Shown here: positions 48,322 through 57,075 of the stretch, one piece after another | How the letters are laid out: each line of letters starts with the position of its first letter | Position numbering within the stretch: position 1 is the stretch's first letter | Source: a virus | Taxonomy: Duplodnaviria > Caudoviricetes | Direction: 5' to 3' (one strand) | Length of the DNA stretch: 64,000 nucleotides | IMG/VR virus record: IMGVR_UViG_3300032007_000001 | Program-made: the position numbers and the translations under genes | The notes under the pieces: generated by a model | Database searches by the model: none | What the model saw: the letters and a program-made list of their open reading frames with translations, nothing else | Told to the model about the DNA's origin: nothing

Positions 48322-49456
48322 TGTATTAAATCAATTGCCAGGCGTAAAATCGAGAGTAGTAAATTTACAATCGAAAGTATCTGCGCTTCAAACACAATCT
48401 GGCCAAATGGGATTGTTTGTTTGGGAAACAGACGAAAATGGAGACTTAATGCCTCCAAGAAAATTAACAAATAAAAAAATAGCTTCGCATGTAATGGGTA
48501 TGGTGTTAACTCAAGAAGGTGGAGGAAATGGTACATGGGTAAGAATAAACGAAAATTATGAGACAGTACCATTTGATTTTAACCATGGAACCTGGACTAA
48601 CATGAAATCAATTACAACTGATAGAGGAGCCTTTGTAGAAATACCAATTACATATGTAAAAACAGAAACAATAACGAGTGGTATTTATTCTGGTAAAAAA
48701 TGTTGGTGGATAGCAGACGGTTATGCAGAAGGTTTTCATATTCATCCAGTATTTATTGGAAGCGATGGACAACCACATAATTTACAAATAGCTTCTTATA
48801 TTGCATCAAAAGACAATGAAAATTTACCATGTTCTGCTGATGTTGCCAATGAAAGTGATTATTGGACAGATATTGAATATAGTGATGTTCGTTCAACCGC
48901 ATTAACAGCAAATTCAATAACTGAAAATGGATATAGAGCATATAACATCTATGACCATCATTTTCTCGCCAGAATGATGTTAACTGAATTCGGAACACCA
49001 AATGTTCAATCACTTACAATAAATAACGTTGCTTGGACTGGTACAAATAGAATTAATTATCATGGAATTTATGATTTGTTTGGTACACCAAACTATGGAA
49101 CTTATTGTTGGATAGATGGTTTTTCAACGATTGATGGAACGTATCAAGTTATGTCTGCTACTGGTTCTGGTTTGATTATTGAAACAGAAATCGATTGCGT
49201 CAATGCAAGCGTTTGGCCAATTACATGTAGAATTGATAAAGTAAATGGAATCGATTTTGGTGATTTATTTATAGCAAGCGCATCAAATGCAACTGAAAAC
49301 AATGGTAGTTTTTCAGATTATCAATACTTAAATTCTGGCAAAGCATTTGTTGTATCTTGGGGCACAGAATCAAATCAAGGCGCATTTTGTTTGTTGGATA
49401 GTTTACCAACAACAAGTGCTCCAACAGTTGGTTGGAGATTGGTAAAATGCAGTTAA
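48314..49456 (+). CDS. Receptor-binding protein with C-type lectin (Mtd/FGE-like) fold
   Basis: FVEIP, GFHIHPVF, YHGIYDLFG, terminal VGWRL. Confidence 0.6.
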   Translation: MADVLNQLPGVKSRVVNLQSKVSALQTQSGQMGLFVWETDENGDLMPPRKLTNKKIASHVMGMVLTQEGGGNGTWVRINENYETVPFDFNHGTWTNMKSITTDRGAFVEIPITYVKTETITSGIYSGKKCWWIADGYAEGFHIHPVFIGSDGQPHNLQIASYIASKDNENLPCSADVANESDYWTDIEYSDVRSTALTANSITENGYRAYNIYDHHFLARMMLTEFGTPNVQSLTINNVAWTGTNRINYHGIYDLFGTPNYGTYCWIDGFSTIDGTYQVMSATGSGLIIETEIDCVNASVWPITCRIDKVNGIDFGDLFIASASNATENNGSFSDYQYLNSGKAFVVSWGTESNQGAFCLLDSLPTTSAPTVGWRLVKCS

Positions 49457-49484
49457 AAAAAGAGCACTTAATTGTGCTCTTTTT
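49455..49484. terminator. Bidirectional terminator (GAGCAC type)
   Basis: AAAAAAAGAGCAC...GTGCTCTTTTT. Confidence 0.75.
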
Positions 49485-49487
49485 ATT

Positions 49488-49952
49488 TTAGAATTCTATA
49501 CTATGCGTTAATCTTCCATCTGTATATATTCTAGCAGTATTGCTTGTTAAAATAGTACCATCATCCAATGTAATTTGTGGAGTTGAATCTTCGGCTGGCA
49601 CATCTCCATCAGAAGAAATCCATACAGAATCAGCAACGCTTGGTTGCGTTTGAGAATAACTAGATGTTGTAATATTTTGTGTTTGTATACTTTCTGATGG
49701 TCCACCAAAATTTGAATCAATGTTATCTGTAACACCAGATGAAATACATAACAATCTGTAGAAAAATGGTAATTTATCAGAATATACCAATTCATCTTCT
49801 TCATATAACATATTTCTTTCTAATAATTTAGCGCCGTATCTTGTATGAAGAACGAAATTGTTTACAGATTGTTCTGTGAGGAAAAAATTTTTCATTTCCT
49901 CTATATATGCAATTAATGTTTCTCTTTGTATTGCTTGTATATCTTCGGCCAT
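49488..49952 (-). CDS. Short fibre-module protein (modules A+C)
   Basis: LERNxxYEExExVYS..LLCISSGVT shared with 50294..50542. Confidence 0.6.
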   Translation of the reverse strand: MAEDIQAIQRETLIAYIEEMKNFFLTEQSVNNFVLHTRYGAKLLERNMLYEEDELVYSDKLPFFYRLLCISSGVTDNIDSNFGGPSESIQTQNITTSSYSQTQPSVADSVWISSDGDVPAEDSTPQITLDDGTILTSNTARIYTDGRLTHSIEF

Positions 49953-49965
49953 TTATGTGCACCTC

Positions 49966-50280
49966 TCAAGCATTTCTAAAAATTTCTCTTGCTTCATCAG
50001 AACTCATAACGTCCGTTACGCGCAAAGAAATATTTATATCTTGCGTTCCGTCAAAATCAACGCCATTTATTTTTACAGGTGTTGCTAATTTTGACGCCGT
50101 CGCTGCGTTTCCAGCTATTCCATTTTCATGAGCAGTAGCCAATTCATTATGTTCATTAATTTTATTATCTACTAATGGTATGTGATTTACATATAAATGA
50201 CCCCAAGGTTTTTCTGGTATTCCTAATGAACCTTCGCCAGCTGCTCTTGGTACTATATTTTTTGTTGCCAAATTAATCAC
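49966..50280 (-). CDS. Short fibre-module protein (module B)
   Basis: TKNIVPRAAGEG; GNAATASKLATPVKINGVDFDGTQDI tail-fibre repeat. Confidence 0.7.
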   Translation of the reverse strand: MINLATKNIVPRAAGEGSLGIPEKPWGHLYVNHIPLVDNKINEHNELATAHENGIAGNAATASKLATPVKINGVDFDGTQDINISLRVTDVMSSDEAREIFRNA

Positions 50281-50293
50281 TTCCTAAAAATTT

Positions 50294-50542
50294 TTAACGA
50301 AGTTCAACTGGTTCTTGCATTCCAGAAACACCAGATTGTACACAAATCAATTTATATCCTTCTGGAATTAATTCAGAATAAACAGTTTCTCCTTCTTCAT
50401 ATTGTGTATTTCTTTCCAATACTTTAGTACCTTGTCTAGTTTTATAATATATTTTTCTCACCAAACTTTCAGTAATGAAATAATCTTTCATTTCTTTAGT
50501 AAATCCATCTAAAGCTACTTCTGTTACTGGTGTTTCAAACAT
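50294..50542 (-). CDS. Short fibre-module protein (module A)
   Basis: Paralog of the N-half of 49488..49952. Confidence 0.6.
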   Translation of the reverse strand: MFETPVTEVALDGFTKEMKDYFITESLVRKIYYKTRQGTKVLERNTQYEEGETVYSELIPEGYKLICVQSGVSGMQEPVELR

Positions 50543-50606
50543 ATTTACACCTCTCTAATTACAATGTCATATTTTTACTCAAATTCAAAATAAAAGAATT
50601 TGATAA

Positions 50607-51212
50607 ATGAATTACATGAAAATAAAAAAACTTTTTTGGGTGTATATTTCGCTTAAAAAATATTATTTTATTTTTGAGTTCAATAAAAGAGGTGATTATG
50701 TTTTGCCTACTAAAAATATAGTTCCTCGCGCTGATGGTGAGGGAGGATTTGGAAGAGTAGATAAACCATGGGGAAGTATTTATGCAAATGATATTCCTTA
50801 TATGAGTGAGCATGTAAATATTCATAATTCAACTCCCGAATCAACACATATTGAAGGTATTAGTGGAAACGCCGCGTCGGCATCTGGGTTCTATAATCCA
50901 GTTAGAATTAATACAATTTTGTTTAGAGGGGACGAGGATATAAGCATTCCATTAGCAAATGAAAATTTTATGGATGCACAAGATGTTATAGATGCATGGA
51001 ATACTGTATGGGAAGCAAATATCGAAACTGTATCATTAATACAATCTCCAACCGTAACAGATACAAACAATGCTATTGTTGTATCTGATGTTGATGCGAC
51101 ATCAGATGTTCAACATGCAGATGTAGTTATTACAGATAGCGGAACTACACTAACAGATTGTATTGGTAGAGTATCTTTAAGCGATGGTTCAACAATACAA
51201 ATTAATTTATAA
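50607..51212 (+). CDS. Short fibre-module protein (modules B+C); start probably 50703
   Basis: TKNIVPRADGEG paralog of 49966..50280; C-terminal DSGTTLT like 49488..49952. Confidence 0.65.
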   Translation: MNYMKIKKLFWVYISLKKYYFIFEFNKRGDYVLPTKNIVPRADGEGGFGRVDKPWGSIYANDIPYMSEHVNIHNSTPESTHIEGISGNAASASGFYNPVRINTILFRGDEDISIPLANENFMDAQDVIDAWNTVWEANIETVSLIQSPTVTDTNNAIVVSDVDATSDVQHADVVITDSGTTLTDCIGRVSLSDGSTIQINL

Positions 51213-51236
51213 AAAATTATAAAGGGTGATAAATAA

Positions 51237-53186
51237 ATGTTAGCGAATCTTGCTCAAATTAAAGGCGGTTTGAAATTACGCGAAGATGTTGATTCTTTAC
51301 TTAATTTTCAACGTCAATTAAGTGCAACTCAGATTATTACAACGATTGTAAAGGATGATACTACAAATCCTGTTACAAATTGGAACGTTGATGATATCTT
51401 AAAAGCTATTATCGATAGTTCAGAAATTGATGGTGCTAATAAGGTTACTCTTGCAACATTAAATACTGCTTTAAGCAATTTCAAGGATAAGCAAATTAAA
51501 GACGTTGTTAGAGTACAACTTGCTGCCGTAAAAGAAGAAGAACCTAATGAAGGTTTTACTGTAGATGTAACCGGTGTTGATTCCGGATTAAAGGTGGCAG
51601 CAAACGATGCACTCCCAGTTTATACTACAGACGGTAGAGTTGTTTATGCTGATGCTGGTATTACTCAATTAACCATTAACCTTTCAACTGGCGCATTCCC
51701 AGTTGGTGCCGTTCCTCAGGTTATGGTTGATAATACAGCCGATAGAACACAAAATGAAACCGAAGTTGGTGTTACTCATTATACAGCTTTAGATGATGAC
51801 TTCAATTTCAAGGTTTTCGCAACTGGTACATTTACATTAAATACATTACCAACAGACGCATTACTTGATAATCAGGAAATGCAGTCACTCGCTTATGACC
51901 AAGCAATTGATAAGATTGTATTGAAGTTGGCTTCTGACGAAGATATTATTGCTTCAATTTCAGCTTTGGTTGGTCAAACAGCCGTTCAACAACAGATTGA
52001 AAGTGTAACAAATACATTATATAGATATTCCGCTATTCAAGGTACTCCTGCAGTTGAAGAAAGCGGCACTGAAGGAGAAGACGATTACGTTGCTCCAGTT
52101 GCTGCTGAAACGATTACAGCTAATACTCATGTTTATTCAGCAAATAGAGTTGACCAGTTAATTACTGCGGCAACTGCTCATTCAAATGCCGAAATTGATA
52201 AAAAGCATAATTTCGCAGCAATTAATACGGCTGTTGCAGCTGAAGAAATTGCAGTTGTAAGCACGATTGGTCAAGTTGATTATGTTGCTCCTCAGGCTGC
52301 CGTTGTACAAGAAGCTCCAGCAAATGCAAACACTCCGGTAGATTCAAGTGCAGTCGTAACTTCTAAGATTAATGCTGCTATTAAAGCATCTCTTGAAGAT
52401 GTATCTGCTGCTATTTACGCTGTTGATGCAAAAACTTATGATTTTGCACACATTGTTGGCGCGCAGTCTGTAGCTGCTGTTGGCGAAGAAGGACAACCTG
52501 GTTATGTAGCCGCCGTTCCAGCAGAAACAGTAACAGAGACTACAGCGGTATATTCAAAAGCAGCTGTTGACCAGTTATTCTCTGGCGTTGCTGGTCAAAT
52601 TTCGGATGCATTAACTACTACAGTTAAACTGACACAATTAGTTGGTGGCGCACAACAACTTGGCGAAGATGGCGTAACCGTAACGCGTGCAGCAGAACAA
52701 ATTTCTCAGAGCACACAGGTTTATACGAAACAGGCCGTTGATGACGCAATCGAAGCCGCAACTGGCGATATGCTTACAAATGCTCTTGCATATTCGCAGG
52801 AAAATGCTGCTCGTATTGATGCGGTACAAACTGCATGTGTACCTGTTATTGATGAAATTGCAATTTCTAGTGCAAGCGCTGTAACTTCATTTAACTTAAC
52901 GGCTACTCCAAATGCTACAAAAGTTAAGATGTTCATCAATGGTGCAACGTATTGGGAAGGCGAGGAATTTACAGTTGACCGCACAAACAATACCGTTGCT
53001 TGGACATTCACTGCTCAAACAAATCTTGACGGCACTCCAGTTAGCGGACATGAAGAAGGCGTTGATGGATTTACGATTACAAATGCTCTTACAAATAAGG
53101 TTCGTTTCGAATATTACACCGGTACATTTGTAACACGTACAGTTCCAGTTCCAACACCAGCTTCTCCAGAACCGTCCGGAGACTAA
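51237..53186 (+). CDS. Abundant fibre-like virion protein with internal repeats
   Basis: Four G.EG..DYVA..AE....VYS..VD repeats; C-terminal KMFING domain; expressed-type codon bias. Confidence 0.65.
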   Translation: MLANLAQIKGGLKLREDVDSLLNFQRQLSATQIITTIVKDDTTNPVTNWNVDDILKAIIDSSEIDGANKVTLATLNTALSNFKDKQIKDVVRVQLAAVKEEEPNEGFTVDVTGVDSGLKVAANDALPVYTTDGRVVYADAGITQLTINLSTGAFPVGAVPQVMVDNTADRTQNETEVGVTHYTALDDDFNFKVFATGTFTLNTLPTDALLDNQEMQSLAYDQAIDKIVLKLASDEDIIASISALVGQTAVQQQIESVTNTLYRYSAIQGTPAVEESGTEGEDDYVAPVAAETITANTHVYSANRVDQLITAATAHSNAEIDKKHNFAAINTAVAAEEIAVVSTIGQVDYVAPQAAVVQEAPANANTPVDSSAVVTSKINAAIKASLEDVSAAIYAVDAKTYDFAHIVGAQSVAAVGEEGQPGYVAAVPAETVTETTAVYSKAAVDQLFSGVAGQISDALTTTVKLTQLVGGAQQLGEDGVTVTRAAEQISQSTQVYTKQAVDDAIEAATGDMLTNALAYSQENAARIDAVQTACVPVIDEIAISSASAVTSFNLTATPNATKVKMFINGATYWEGEEFTVDRTNNTVAWTFTAQTNLDGTPVSGHEEGVDGFTITNALTNKVRFEYYTGTFVTRTVPVPTPASPEPSGD

Positions 53187-53196
53187 TATAAATAAC

Positions 53197-53224
53197 AAAG
53201 GAGGTTCTTTTATGAACCTCCTTT
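53197..53224 (+). terminator. Intrinsic terminator
   Basis: AAAGGAGGTTC/GAACCTCCTTT. Confidence 0.75.
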
Positions 53225-53238
53225 AATTATATAAAAAG

Positions 53239-53502
53239 GTGATTAGTTTGAACGTTTCGTTTAGTAAAAAAACGTATTTTATAATTGGATTTTTAGTAAC
53301 AATAATTGGAACAATGATATTCCAAAATTTATTATTAGGAATAGCCATAGGTTTTGTTATTGGTGCTATAAAAGTAATTAAAGATAAGATGTTATATAAT
53401 TTCTTTGATATAAAAATTATGTTGACAACTTTGTTAGGCAGTTTATTTGCTATAGTAATTATGTATTTATGTATTGTATCAACGTTAATTAACTTTGGAT
53501 AA
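53239..53502 (+). CDS. Small three-TM membrane protein
   Basis: Hydrophobic segments throughout. Confidence 0.6.
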   Translation: MISLNVSFSKKTYFIIGFLVTIIGTMIFQNLLLGIAIGFVIGAIKVIKDKMLYNFFDIKIMLTTLLGSLFAIVIMYLCIVSTLINFG

Positions 53503-53534
53503 GAGAAAATATTAAAGAGCTAAGATAAAAAGTC

Positions 53535-54026
53535 TTAGCTCTTTATTTCATATAAAACGATTTTATTGTTTTTTAATGATTCTTGTACATTTATTATTCT
53601 TTGATTTTTTGACCCTTTAAATTGAAGTGATATATCTCTTTGTTCTACAATAAATTTTCCATCTACTAATACATCAATATATTTTAGCATTTCATATTTG
53701 TCTTTATCTTTTAAGAGTTCTTCAAAATCATATCCAGTATAAGCCCATATATTATATTTCTCGTGTACTTTTTTTACTAATGAAAGTAATTCTATAGATT
53801 GTTCAAATGGGTCTCCTCCTGAAAGTGTCAGACCATCTAAAAGAGGATTTTGTTCCATTAATGTATAAATGCTTTCTGGTGAATATAAATGATTATATTC
53901 AAAACTCCAGGTTTCTAGATTTTGGCATTCTTTACAATGATGCTTGCATCCTTGACAAAATATTACTAATCTGATACCTTCACCATCGACTATTGATTCT
54001 TCTACTATATCATATACATTAATCAT
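53535..54026 (-). CDS. nrdG: Anaerobic ribonucleotide reductase activating protein
   Basis: ESIVDGEGIR..FCQGCKHHCKECQN, LSGGDP, DVLVDGKF, FKGSKNQRII. Confidence 0.93.
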   Translation of the reverse strand: MINVYDIVEESIVDGEGIRLVIFCQGCKHHCKECQNLETWSFEYNHLYSPESIYTLMEQNPLLDGLTLSGGDPFEQSIELLSLVKKVHEKYNIWAYTGYDFEELLKDKDKYEMLKYIDVLVDGKFIVEQRDISLQFKGSKNQRIINVQESLKNNKIVLYEIKS

Positions 54027-54535
54027 TTAATTGTCACCTGACAACTTTTCATCACTTTTAATGCTGCATTATGATTTGGTTTTGTTGTTCCAGCACAACA
54101 TTTTTTGTCAATAATAATTTCTTTTTCTGGATAAAACATCTTAAGCATCAATGCATTTGCTATTACGCAAATATCAGTACATACTCCAATTAATTCGATG
54201 CTATCATAATCTTTTGTAAGAGTAACAAGAGAAAATCCACCAAAAGTATCTTTCTCTGCTATATATTTTGCTTTTCCTAAGAATTCTGCCAATTGCGGAA
54301 TGATATGCCAACCTTTTGTGTCTTTAATACAATGCTCAATTGGAAGATTTTTTCCTTCTTGTGTTTTAAGATAATCTTTATCGTGTGTGTCCATTGTAAA
54401 AATTAAATCTTTTTTATTTTTCTTTAATTTTATTATAATCTTTGGTACAATTAATTCAGCGTCTTTATTTGCTAATGAACCAGTAACAAAATCATTTTGC
54501 ATATCAACAATAATAAGTACTTCTTTTTTCCCCAT
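54023..54535 (-). CDS. pncA: Nicotinamidase / isochorismatase-family cysteine hydrolase
   Basis: IVDMQNDF, TMDTH, HCI, KDTFG, GVCTDICV. Confidence 0.82.
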   Translation of the reverse strand: MGKKEVLIIVDMQNDFVTGSLANKDAELIVPKIIIKLKKNKKDLIFTMDTHDKDYLKTQEGKNLPIEHCIKDTKGWHIIPQLAEFLGKAKYIAEKDTFGGFSLVTLTKDYDSIELIGVCTDICVIANALMLKMFYPEKEIIIDKKCCAGTTKPNHNAALKVMKSCQVTIK

Positions 54536-54536
54536 T

Positions 54537-54869
54537 TTATTCTCCCCATTCCAAAATAAATTTTTCTACAAACAAATCAAATAATATTTCATATTTTTTC
54601 ATATCAAAATTAAAATCTTTTCCAGTAAGACATCTATTTGACTTTATTTCAAAAATAAAGTCTCTTTTTTTATAAATGCATATATCAAATATATATATTT
54701 TTTCTTTTTCTAAAAAAATAAATGGTTTTATTTCTCTATTAAAAGAGAAACCGAAACTATCCTTAAATGCTTCTGCTAACCAAGTAGCTTCTGATTCTTT
54801 ATCAAATTTATTAAATAATACCATCATTTCTATTGAATCATTATGTGATTCACACATTTTTATTTTCAT
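54537..54869 (-). CDS. Hypothetical protein
   Basis: 110-aa ORF in operon. Confidence 0.6.
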   Translation of the reverse strand: MKIKMCESHNDSIEMMVLFNKFDKESEATWLAEAFKDSFGFSFNREIKPFIFLEKEKIYIFDICIYKKRDFIFEIKSNRCLTGKDFNFDMKKYEILFDLFVEKFILEWGE

Positions 54870-54871
54870 GG

Positions 54872-55339
54872 TTAATGATTGTTTTGATAAATGATAATTG
54901 TGCCATTTTCATATTCGTTTTTTATAAAAACAGAATCTCTATCCATTTCGGCTTCTAAAATTCCGCCATCATCTCCAAATTCACCTTGGAAAAAATGTTT
55001 GCCTTTAAGTTTTTCAAATAATTCTTTGCTTTTTTTCTCTGCATATTTTAATGATTCTTCTTCTTTTTCTTCGTAACTTAATGGAACATCATAATCCCAA
55101 ACTGGAGAACTATATTTACGATGTTCAATAATTTCTTTTTTAGCCGTTTCTTCATCTATTTCGCTTAAATAATTTTTTAATAAATTTTTTAAGCATTCAA
55201 ATTCATTGTCTACTTGCGTATATCGTGGATAAACATCGTCCTTTAATTCATTTTCAATAAAATCGTCAAAATTATTATTTGTAGCAATAATATAAGAACT
55301 AGAACTTGAATTTGTAACAAAATCTTTTCTAATTTTCAT
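54872..55339 (-). CDS. TNSSS-motif protein
   Basis: MKIRKDFVTNSSSSSYII. Confidence 0.85.
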   Translation of the reverse strand: MKIRKDFVTNSSSSSYIIATNNNFDDFIENELKDDVYPRYTQVDNEFECLKNLLKNYLSEIDEETAKKEIIEHRKYSSPVWDYDVPLSYEEKEEESLKYAEKKSKELFEKLKGKHFFQGEFGDDGGILEAEMDRDSVFIKNEYENGTIIIYQNNH

Positions 55340-55353
55340 TGTTTACACTCCAA

Positions 55354-55668
55354 TCAATTTACAATTACTGGCCTTGGCATTTTCGCTGGAATTTCAACGT
55401 TTTGCGTAAAAGTATTTTTCGTTACTTTACCTTTGAATTCTTTATTTGGCGCTGGAGAAATTGAAGTAATTCCAGACTTGAATGCCAAACTAACTCCATT
55501 TTTCCCAAGCAATTGAATTGTAAACTGGTCAAATGATACTATCTTTCCAATTAAGTATCTTCCATCTGTAAAATTAATTTGTACTTTTTCATTTTTTGTT
55601 CTTAAATCATTTAAAAATTTGTCTTGCGAACGATGACCTTGATTAGCGACTTCTACTTGTACTGCCAT
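55354..55668 (-). CDS. hfq: RNA chaperone Hfq homolog
   Basis: QDKFLNDLR...G..LIGKIVSFDQFTI...FKSGITSISP (Sm1/Sm2). Confidence 0.82.
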   Translation of the reverse strand: MAVQVEVANQGHRSQDKFLNDLRTKNEKVQINFTDGRYLIGKIVSFDQFTIQLLGKNGVSLAFKSGITSISPAPNKEFKGKVTKNTFTQNVEIPAKMPRPVIVN

Positions 55669-55683
55669 AACTTTCTTCCTTTC

Positions 55684-55857
55684 TTACAAACCATACTTTA
55701 AGTAAAAGCGTTTTCTTATAGATTTATTGAAAAATTTTTTAATGAAGCTATAAGATTCTTTTTTACATGATAAAAATTGATTTTCAAATTTTTCTTTTCC
55801 ATGAGATTCTATTAAATGTAAAACAGCAATGTGAGTACTATTAAATCCATCTTCCAT
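55684..55857 (-). CDS. Small protein, C-terminal GL family (possibly the frameshifted 3' part of 55860..56129)
   Basis: Manual translation MEDGFNSTHIAVLHL...RKRFYLKYGL (57 aa). Confidence 0.55.
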   Translation of the reverse strand: MEDGFNSTHIAVLHLIESHGKEKFENQFLSCKKESYSFIKKFFNKSIRKRFYLKYGL

Positions 55858-55859
55858 AA

Positions 55860-56129
55860 TTAATATCCTAAATTAATAACGAATGTTTCAACTTTTGTTT
55901 GTTTCTTAAAAAAGAAATTAGATAATTTTTCCAATAAACTTTTCTTTTTATTTATTTCGGTTATTACTTCATCAAACATTATTTCTATAATAGACCGTTT
56001 ATCCATCAATATATCCCATGAATTCCTATCAAAATCAAAATTAATATCAAACATATTCCTCACCCTACATTTACCAATTGTGAATATTTCATAATCCATA
56101 TCTCTTGGAATTCTCATAGTTTTTCCCAT
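55860..56129 (-). CDS. Hypothetical protein
   Basis: 89-aa ORF. Confidence 0.55.
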   Translation of the reverse strand: MGKTMRIPRDMDYEIFTIGKCRVRNMFDINFDFDRNSWDILMDKRSIIEIMFDEVITEINKKKSLLEKLSNFFFKKQTKVETFVINLGY

Positions 56130-57010
56130 ATCTCCATATAATTACTTTTATATTTATCTTTTATTATTGAATCAAAACTATTTGTTTTTATAAATCCTTT
56201 TTCTGTAAAAGAACCAATGTGTTTTATTCTATTTGTTTCAATACTTTTCATAATCAGAAGTTCGTCCAATCCATAATTTCTTTGAGATTTTTCAACTTCT
56301 TTTTCAAAATCTTTACTATAATATTGGTTTTTCATATAAAAATGTTTCCAATACATTGAAGAATATTTCTTCAAATCTTCAGAATTTATCCATCGATTAT
56401 ATTCTTCTTCATTTTCTGCTACACACATACAAAATCCGCTAAGACCTTCACTTCCAATTCCCCAATTCAAATCTTTAATATCAATAGCATATAATTCGTT
56501 ATCTTTTCTATCGCATTCATCTTTATGTAAATTAATTTCATGAAAAGAAAAAAATGGATATGTATATACACATGCAGTACGAAAAAATTCTTTTGGTATT
56601 TTTCTTGCTTTATGACTATCCAAATATAAACTAGCAAACATAACATCAAAATTGACATCACCATTTGCTATTAACCCATTTTTCATGATATTTTTATGAT
56701 TATCTTTATGAGATATATGATAAACAATATTTTCATCCAGGTTCTTTAAGAAATTTTCATGATTATAGAATATGCTATCATATCGTTTGTTTTGTTTAAT
56801 TACATTTTCATCAATAAATTCTTTTAACGTATCATAAGGTCTATTCGTTGTAAAATGAATAAGCTTTTCGTTTATTACATCATCTTCTATGCAAATATGT
56901 TTTCTATCATTTTTTTTATAGAAGTACGTTACGTTATAATCGTATATTTTTATTTTTTTTGACATAACATCATTTTTGAATCGCCAAAGCACTTCTTCAA
57001 ACGTTAACAT
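56114..57010 (-). CDS. Protein with possible ADP-ribosyltransferase-fold domain
   Basis: VYHISH...NIMKNGL...CVYTY...DELLI pattern. Confidence 0.45.
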   Translation of the reverse strand: MLTFEEVLWRFKNDVMSKKIKIYDYNVTYFYKKNDRKHICIEDDVINEKLIHFTTNRPYDTLKEFIDENVIKQNKRYDSIFYNHENFLKNLDENIVYHISHKDNHKNIMKNGLIANGDVNFDVMFASLYLDSHKARKIPKEFFRTACVYTYPFFSFHEINLHKDECDRKDNELYAIDIKDLNWGIGSEGLSGFCMCVAENEEEYNRWINSEDLKKYSSMYWKHFYMKNQYYSKDFEKEVEKSQRNYGLDELLIMKSIETNRIKHIGSFTEKGFIKTNSFDSIIKDKYKSNYMEIWEKL

Positions 57011-57075
57011 TTTTGCACCTCAATGTAATTATACCATATTTGAAATAAAAAGAGAACAAAAATTTGTCCTCTTTG

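Noticed and set aside
53239-53502. Holin call
   Set aside because: TM segments only; no adjacent endolysin or diagnostic motif
53535-54026. NrdG as a fourth peptide maturase
   Set aside because: Canonical RNR activase without a SPASM domain
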